From sequence record SRR20825006_2619: DNA of 20,000 nt, one strand, 5' to 3'. The position numbers were made by a program, and so were the translations under genes. How positions within the stretch are numbered: position 1 is the first letter of the stretch; the number at the start of each line of letters is the position of its first letter. Shown here one piece after another: positions 15,858-20,000 of this stretch. The notes beneath the pieces were generated by a model. The model made no database searches. It saw only the letters and a program-made list of their open reading frames with translations, and was not told the DNA's origin.

Positions 15858-17099
15858 ATGAAAGCTTTCGAAGCCACGCGGATTTTCTTTGACCAAGCCG
15901 CGGATCGTTTAGAGATTGATCCGGATCTTCGAGAAGCTTTGTTGATGCCCCAGCGTGAGGTGCAGGTCCAAGTGACCATCCGTCTCGATGACGGGCGTCT
16001 CGCGAATTACATCGGATTTCGTGTTCAGCACGATCACAGTCGCGGCCCCATGAAGGGCGGATTGCGATTCCACCCCGAAGTCGACCTTGATGAGACTCGC
16101 GCACTGGCGAGTTTGATGACTTGGAAAACCGCCGTGGTCGATTTGCCATATGGCGGAGCAAAAGGCGGCATCGGAATTGATCCCAGCAAGATGTCGTCGG
16201 CCGAGATCGAACGACTGACTCGGGCGTTTGTCGATCAGATTCATGACATCGTGGGTCCTGATACGGACATTCCCGCACCTGACATGGGTACGGATCACCA
16301 AGTGATGGCTTGGTTCCGGAACCAATGGGAAAAGTACCACGGTTTTCATCCGGCCGTCATCACGGGAAAGCCCGTCGAAGAATATGGTGCCAAGGGCCGT
16401 GAAGAAGCGACCGGTCGCGGTGTCGGGACTTTGACGGTGAAGTTGACCAAGCGTTTGGGGATGGATGCATCAAAGACTCGCGTTGCCATTCAAGGTTTTG
16501 GGAATGTGGGTTCACATGCCGCCAAGTTCTTGCATGACGCCCAGTTTCCGATCGTCGCGGTCTCGGACATCACCGGGACCTATTACAACGCCGACGGATT
16601 GAACATTCCCGAGTTGCTGCGTCACAAGTTTGCGCACCCAAAGGGATTGCTGGAAGGATTCGAGCGAGCCGAGCATTTGCCGCTTGATGCGTTGTTAAAG
16701 CTCGATCATGTCGAAGTTTTGATTCCCGCCGCGTTGGGTGGTGTCATCACGCAAAAGAATGCTCAAGACATCAACGCGAAAGTCATTGTTGAGGCAGCGA
16801 ACGGTCCGGTCGATCCAGATGCCGACGCGGCACTTCACGATCGTGGGGTCACGATTCTGCCGGACATTCTCGCCAACGCGGGCGGCGTGACGGTCAGCTA
16901 TTTCGAATGGGTGCAAAACCGGCAGCACTACCGATGGCCGCTGGATCGTGTGCGTCAAGAACTCGATCACACGATGAATGAAGCGTTCGAAAAGGTTTGG
17001 CAGATGGCGGCTCAGCACGAAGTGTCACTTCGAACCGCCGCCTACATGATCGGAATCTCAAGAGTTCGTCGTGCAACGGAACTCGCCGGCTTGGCTTGA
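15858..17099 (+). CDS. gdhA: Glu/Leu/Phe/Val dehydrogenase family, most likely glutamate dehydrogenase
   Basis: 'GPMKGGLRFHP', 'MTWKTA', 'GGAKGG', 'DIPAPD', 'REEATGRG', 'QGFGNVG', 'NAGGVTVSYFEWVQN'. The Lys of MTWK and the Ser of VSYFE are the glutamate-specificity residues. Confidence 0.92.
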   Translation: MKAFEATRIFFDQAADRLEIDPDLREALLMPQREVQVQVTIRLDDGRLANYIGFRVQHDHSRGPMKGGLRFHPEVDLDETRALASLMTWKTAVVDLPYGGAKGGIGIDPSKMSSAEIERLTRAFVDQIHDIVGPDTDIPAPDMGTDHQVMAWFRNQWEKYHGFHPAVITGKPVEEYGAKGREEATGRGVGTLTVKLTKRLGMDASKTRVAIQGFGNVGSHAAKFLHDAQFPIVAVSDITGTYYNADGLNIPELLRHKFAHPKGLLEGFERAEHLPLDALLKLDHVEVLIPAALGGVITQKNAQDINAKVIVEAANGPVDPDADAALHDRGVTILPDILANAGGVTVSYFEWVQNRQHYRWPLDRVRQELDHTMNEAFEKVWQMAAQHEVSLRTAAYMIGISRVRRATELAGLA

Positions 17100-17102
17100 T
17101 CG

Positions 17103-17154
17103 AGCCCGCACCGAACGTTCGCGAAGGTTTCTTCGCGAAACGTTCCGGTTGGCT
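17103..17154. terminator. Long hairpin between convergent genes (possible bidirectional terminator or REP-like element)
   Basis: Perfect 9-bp core TTCGCGAAG-gttt-CTTCGCGAA, extended by GAACG/CGTTC, ACC/GGT and AGCC/GGCT with small bulges. It starts 3 nt after the gdhA stop. No U-tract. Confidence 0.6.
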
Positions 17155-17213
17155 GCCTATGAGATTGACATCAGCGATAGTGGATCAAAGCACGCCGGAA
17201 GTGAACTCAACGT

Positions 17214-17780
17214 TCATTCCGGTGCGGCTTCGTCCGCTGGTGCGTCTTCTTTGATTGGCTGAACAAAAAGCATCACTTCGGGTTCGTCGGCATCAACTGC
17301 TGGACCGGGATCCGCGGGCGGTGCCGAAGCTTCGTATCCCGCTTCTTCAGGAAGCATTTCTCCTTCGGGAGGCGGAATCAATTTGAACTCGAAGTGATTG
17401 CTGCCTTGCTTCACGGTCACGCGAGTCAGGTCGAGGATCGCTCCGTTTGCAATCATGGGTCGTTCAATCTCCAGCATTTCTGCCGGAGAGATATCAGCCG
17501 CCAATTTGCCTGGTGTCAGTTCATAGCGAATGTCGTGTGCGCCAATCTTCGCCCCAGGAACATTGGCTAGATAGATCGCTTCGAATTGTCCACTGTCATT
17601 CGTGAAGGCGAGCGATGGACGCCCGCCGGAGACTGGGTGGAATTCGATTGCCATGTTCGGGACCGGCACACCGTCATGAAAGACTGTGCCGGTCACTTGC
17701 CCCAGCTTTGACGATGGTTGCGGTTCGCAACCAATCGTCATCAGCAGGCACGATCCAATCGCAATTCGCAGAAGACTCAT
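17214..17780 (-). CDS. DUF1559-associated lipoprotein (carboxypeptidase-regulatory-like beta-sandwich) with acidic Pro-rich tail
   Basis: Lipobox-like 'LMTIGC'; 'VTGTVFHDGVPV...IEFHP..GGRPS...TNDSGQF...GAKIGAHDIR'. The ATG overlaps the upstream TGA stop (ATGA). Confidence 0.82.
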   Translation of the reverse strand: MSLLRIAIGSCLLMTIGCEPQPSSKLGQVTGTVFHDGVPVPNMAIEFHPVSGGRPSLAFTNDSGQFEAIYLANVPGAKIGAHDIRYELTPGKLAADISPAEMLEIERPMIANGAILDLTRVTVKQGSNHFEFKLIPPPEGEMLPEEAGYEASAPPADPGPAVDADEPEVMLFVQPIKEDAPADEAAPE

Positions 17781-18208
17781 CCAGCAACAAACTCAAAGTT
17801 GATTTCGTTGCTGCCGTCGACGACTTCGACTTCGCTTGGTTCGATCTTAGTTTTTCCGCCCATGTCGGGCTTTTTGGAAGTTGGGATGAACTCAGCGTCC
17901 GGGCTTGCCGGCATCGGAGCGGCTGGGCCGTTGATCTCGTAGCGAATGGAATGTTTTCCGACGAGAGCTCCGTCGGTGTCGGCGGTGAACATCGCACTGT
18001 AGCGACCCTCACTGTCCGTCACCGCCATGGATGGTCGCCCACCCTCGGTAGGAACAAACTCAAGTGCGACACCTTCAACAGGTTTTCCGTCTTGGGTAAC
18101 CAGCCCCGTGACTTCGCCGATGGGTGGCAGCTCGGGGCCGCATCCCGTGATAAAAGTGAGTACGGCAAGCGTCGCCGTTCCGGTGAGAAGTCTCGATAAC
18201 CCGTTCAT
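17777..18208 (-). CDS. DUF1559-associated lipoprotein (carboxypeptidase-regulatory-like beta-sandwich)
   Basis: Start at ATG 18208 with AAGGA upstream. Lipobox 'FITGC'; 'VTGLVTQDGKPV...LEFVP..GGRPS...TDSEGRY...GALVGKHSIR...GSNEINFE'. Confidence 0.85.
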   Translation of the reverse strand: MNGLSRLLTGTATLAVLTFITGCGPELPPIGEVTGLVTQDGKPVEGVALEFVPTEGGRPSMAVTDSEGRYSAMFTADTDGALVGKHSIRYEINGPAAPMPASPDAEFIPTSKKPDMGGKTKIEPSEVEVVDGSNEINFEFVAG

Positions 18209-18260
18209 TAAATTAGATTCCTTCTTGAATAGATCTTGATTGGAGCTGAGTCGAAGTGGT

Positions 18261-19328
18261 TTAGAATTCATACTGGTAGACGAAACGGTCATTGCGTCCG
18301 TTCATCGCCATGAAGACATCATCAAAGTCGATGCTGTCGGTGATGAATTTGACCGCACCATCGCCCATCGTGAACATTGCACCGCCGACGTGGTTGGAGC
18401 GGAAACCGTTGTGCAGCGTGTAGCCGTACAACTGGGTGTAGTTGCCGGAGTAGATGCTGTTGATGGGCCAACGTGGAACCGTGATGTTGGCGGTCCAACC
18501 CAACCAGCCGTGCTGTGAAGGTCCAGCGTTCCAGGCTCCACCGGCGTGGCTGCTCGGGCGACTGTCGGTACGTGTCTTGTCAGCGTGAGGCATTTCAGCG
18601 GAGTGTTCGCCGATCGCGATCGTTTGGCTGGTTCCGTCGAGGATGCTCGCGAATTTAGGGTTGCGATACTTCGAGTTGTTAATTCCGATGATGCCAGCGT
18701 CTTGCATCCAGCCGTAGCCGGTCCAAACGTTGCGCGAGCCGTCGCCGCGAGCACCAGGCTGCCATCCCGCTTCGCCTTGGCGAACACCAGGTGTGTAGTA
18801 GTAGCCAGCGACACCGACGTAGTCGACGATTTGAGTTTTGTAGGTGTCAGGTGCGCCAATTGCGGTGGTGTCGCCGTTGGCGTTGTTGTCGCGATAGTTC
18901 TGCATTGGGTTCGACGGGCAGTTGAACCCAGGAACGATTGCGTTGTCGAGGACTTCCCAGTTTCGGTTCACAGCGTCTTGGGTGCTGAAGTCGGTATCGA
19001 CGAAGGTGAGCTTCTCATAGAGAGGCGATTGTTCCATTTGTGGAAGAATCTGCACGAGCCATGAAGCTCCGCGATAAGGCGAGCCAGTGGTCGTTTGCGA
19101 GCCGATGTTGGCCGGGAACATGTTGAAGGTGCTGTGGTAGTTGTGGATGGCCAATCCCAACTGCTTCATGTTGTTGGAACACTGCATGCGGCGTGCAGCC
19201 TCGCGAGCCGATTGAACGGCTGGAAGCAACAGACCGACCATCACGCCAATGATGGCGATGACGACGAGCAGTTCGACGAGGGTGAAGCCGGAACTTCTGG
19301 ATAAACGAGTGGAGTCAGAACGACGCAT
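18261..19328 (-). CDS. DUF1559 (SBP_bac_10) prepilin-type N-terminal cleavage/methylation protein with H-X9-DG motif
   Basis: 'SSG/FTLVELLVVIAIIGVMVGLLLPAVQSAREAARRMQCSNNMKQLGLAIHNYH', 'ILPQMEQ', 'CPS', 'DGTSQTIAIGE', 'HVGGAMFTMGDG'. Likely start ATG 19328. Confidence 0.95.
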   Translation of the reverse strand: MRRSDSTRLSRSSGFTLVELLVVIAIIGVMVGLLLPAVQSAREAARRMQCSNNMKQLGLAIHNYHSTFNMFPANIGSQTTTGSPYRGASWLVQILPQMEQSPLYEKLTFVDTDFSTQDAVNRNWEVLDNAIVPGFNCPSNPMQNYRDNNANGDTTAIGAPDTYKTQIVDYVGVAGYYYTPGVRQGEAGWQPGARGDGSRNVWTGYGWMQDAGIIGINNSKYRNPKFASILDGTSQTIAIGEHSAEMPHADKTRTDSRPSSHAGGAWNAGPSQHGWLGWTANITVPRWPINSIYSGNYTQLYGYTLHNGFRSNHVGGAMFTMGDGAVKFITDSIDFDDVFMAMNGRNDRFVYQYEF

Positions 19329-19418
19329 TGCTTTAAATTTCCATGTGCATGTGCGAATGAATTGGTGGTGTGACTCGATGCAGTCAGGTGCAGCGAAAAG
19401 TGACACCGGTGATGTTCA

Positions 19419-19661
19419 TTGGCCTAACGCAAGCAATAGGCCGAAACTTGCCATTGGAAAATCGAACGCCTACTCCTACTGGGGTTTCTCGCGAGCTTAG
19501 GGTAGAGATCTTCACCGAAGCTGGTTTGTGGGGCCGGGAAAGATTAGCAGTCAAATAATAAAATTTAAGAAAAATTTGAAAGTCGCTAAATGTTAGGCAT
19601 GGGCTTTGTACCTCTTTAGGGAGGGGGTTCACATTCAATATGTTTGATTGTTAGGCATCGG
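19419..19661. promoter_or_regulatory. AT-rich upstream region of the DUF1559 cassette with a repeated motif
   Basis: TGTTAGGCATnGG at 19591 and 19649, an inverted core GCCTAAC at 19422, and an A/T tract at 19551-19581. Confidence 0.4.
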
Positions 19662-20000
19662 TGCTCAAATACAGGGCGTTTCAGCTTTCGGATGCTGAGC
19701 ATTGCACAAGAGAATGCAGGTTGTGCAGAAACTGCGAGATCTACAAAAGGAATCGGACGCAGGCGATTTGTGGATCGATGGATTCACGCCTCAACCTGGA
19801 TTGATGTCCGGGTAAACGCCCTTAGGTGAGCTTTGCAACCTTTGCCGAGCGGGCCGGTAAGGCAAGGATTTCGGCCGCGCGACCCTCGGAAATTTGGCCC
19901 GCGAACATCGGTCTCACGGACGCTAAGCACGTGAGCGGGAGTTATTGGGCTTGATCACTTAGCGGCGTCGCTCCGAGACGCTGTCATTTGCGAGTCTCAG

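Noticed and set aside
17165..17170. Perfect TTGACA hexamer
   Set aside because: No -10 at 16-18 bp spacing, and it points antisense into a convergent gene end.
19644..19829. 61-aa ORF upstream of the DUF1559 gene
   Set aside because: TTG start, no RBS, no motif; consistent with a chance ORF.
1..20000. CRISPR array, transposase/integrase, prophage, rRNA/tRNA, recoded stops or frameshifted pseudogenes
   Set aside because: No regularly spaced repeats, no mobile-element motifs, and all recognised genes look intact and full-length.

Overview
Gene-dense chromosomal window that reads as a planctomycete, most likely Rhodopirellula/Pirellulaceae. This is inferred from the DUF1559 prepilin-like gene with paired lipoproteins, the FGly sulfatase and the very long LptD-like protein. 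In order: 3' end of ruvB; a bPH_2 membrane protein; an S1 sulfatase (-); an LptD/OstA-like protein coupled to a divergent DgkA-family kinase; a UPF0104/flippase-like protein and a multi-TM/HAMP class III adenylate cyclase (both -); an exported hypothetical protein; an uncharacterised membrane-anchored P-loop NTPase; a korA-korB-cysK-gdhA operon; and a DUF1559 plus two-lipoprotein cassette (-) with an AT-rich upstream region. I see no mobile element, CRISPR array, rRNA or tRNA, and most content is housekeeping. The best candidates for something new are the structured ~150-nt leader of korA (multi-way junction next to the start codon), the ExeA/KAP-like NTPase with TM helices between Walker A and B, the C/N/S operon itself, the kinase with substituted active-site residues, and an MscL-like C-terminal helix on the bPH protein. 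All calls come from reading motifs by eye; no searches or folding programs were run.
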